A stretch of DNA of 64,000 nucleotides from Octopus sinensis (lineage: Eukaryota): the NCBI RefSeq assembly GCF_006345805.1, contig NC_043018.1, positions 28,272,001 to 28,336,000 on the forward strand, given 5' to 3'. Below the pieces are notes generated by a model that worked only from the letters and a program-made list of their open reading frames with translations, was not told the DNA's origin and ran no database searches. This document shows positions 62,999 to 64,000 of this stretch, piece after piece. How positions within the stretch are numbered: the stretch's first letter is position 1; every line of letters starts with the position of its first letter. A program made the translations under genes and the position numbers.

Positions 62999-63104
62999 GG
63001 GGTTTTGAGAGCAACTTACGAATAATTATATATATTTATATACTTATATTTTAGTGCATACGTTTTTGTTAATAACACTATTATGATAACCTTTAACATT
63101 ATTG

Positions 63105-63625
63105 TCATTGTTGTTATTCTTATCATCATCATCGTCGTCGTCGTCGTCGTCATCATCATCATCATCTTCATCATCATCATCATCATCATCATCTTCATCA
63201 TCATCAACATCATAATCCTCATTATCATCATCATCATCATCGTCCTCATCATTATCATCATCATCATCGTCATCATCATCGTCATCACCATCATCCTCCT
63301 CATCATCATCATCATCATCGTCCTCATCATTATCATCATCATCATCATCGTCTTCATCATCATCATCATCATCATCATCACCATCATCATCACCATCATC
63401 ATCATCACCACCATCATCATCATCAGCAGCAGCAGCATCATCATCATCGTCTTCATCATCATCATCATCACCATCATCATCATCACCATCATCATCGTGA
63501 TCATCATCATCATCATTGTCATCATCATCATCATTATCATCATCATCATCGTCGTCTTCGTCATCAGCATCATCATCGTCTTCATCATCATCATCTTTAT
63601 CATCATCGTCGTCGTCGCCATCCTT
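63105..63625. repeat. (CAT/CGT/CTT)n compound tract
   Basis: Direct reading; gives poly-D/M/I pseudo-ORFs. Confidence 0.95.
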
Positions 63626-64000
63626 AATGATTCTTTGTAGAAATGATTTAATGAGCTGACCGATTGTAGGCCGACAAGGGAAATGCATAACACCAAAGCA
63701 CTTCCTTATTTAATGCATGCTGAATTAATTGACTCAGGGATCAGTGCACAAATCACTTGAAGATATGAGGCGCAATGGTACGGTGATAAACGCTCTCTGT
63801 CTCGTATATCGTATTGTTGTTAATAGCCACATTTAGGATATCAAATGGATATTTGTTGAGATTTCCGTTGGGGGGAAATAGCCGACGGCAAAAGTGTAGT
63901 ATAGTATGTGAATATATTTCCCCGTTCTAATTAATATATGATTAAGATAACGTTTTCATATCCTGATGTAATATAACATATACACACACATGTCTGATAT

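Noticed and set aside
63016-63696. 214-226 aa poly-Asp/Met/Ile ORFs
   Set aside because: (CAT)n-type repeat open in three frames

Overview
AT-rich, repeat-saturated eukaryotic genomic DNA with one 100-N gap at 1890-1989. It is most likely from an octopus or other coleoid cephalopod, inferred from the SINE families, microsatellite load and HTGEKPYHCDIC-type zinc-finger remnant. I find no intact host gene; nearly all ORF-track entries are translations of microsatellites. The window holds decayed mariner, RTE, CR1/L2-type and Penelope-like (PLE, GIY-YIG) fragments, three tRNA-derived SINE families, two Helitrons with complete termini and several foldback elements. It also holds a near-full-length R4/Dong RLE retrotransposon (54470-58612) with a nest of its 3'-end relatives and a 554-bp non-coding companion element in (TAA)n tracts, and a C2H2 zinc-finger pseudogene. 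The most notable signal is about 14 hammerhead-ribozyme-like motifs in short dispersed repeats. Two of them (5583-5659 and 25603-25679) have all core nucleotides but a non-circularly permuted strand order. All structures were folded by eye and are untested.
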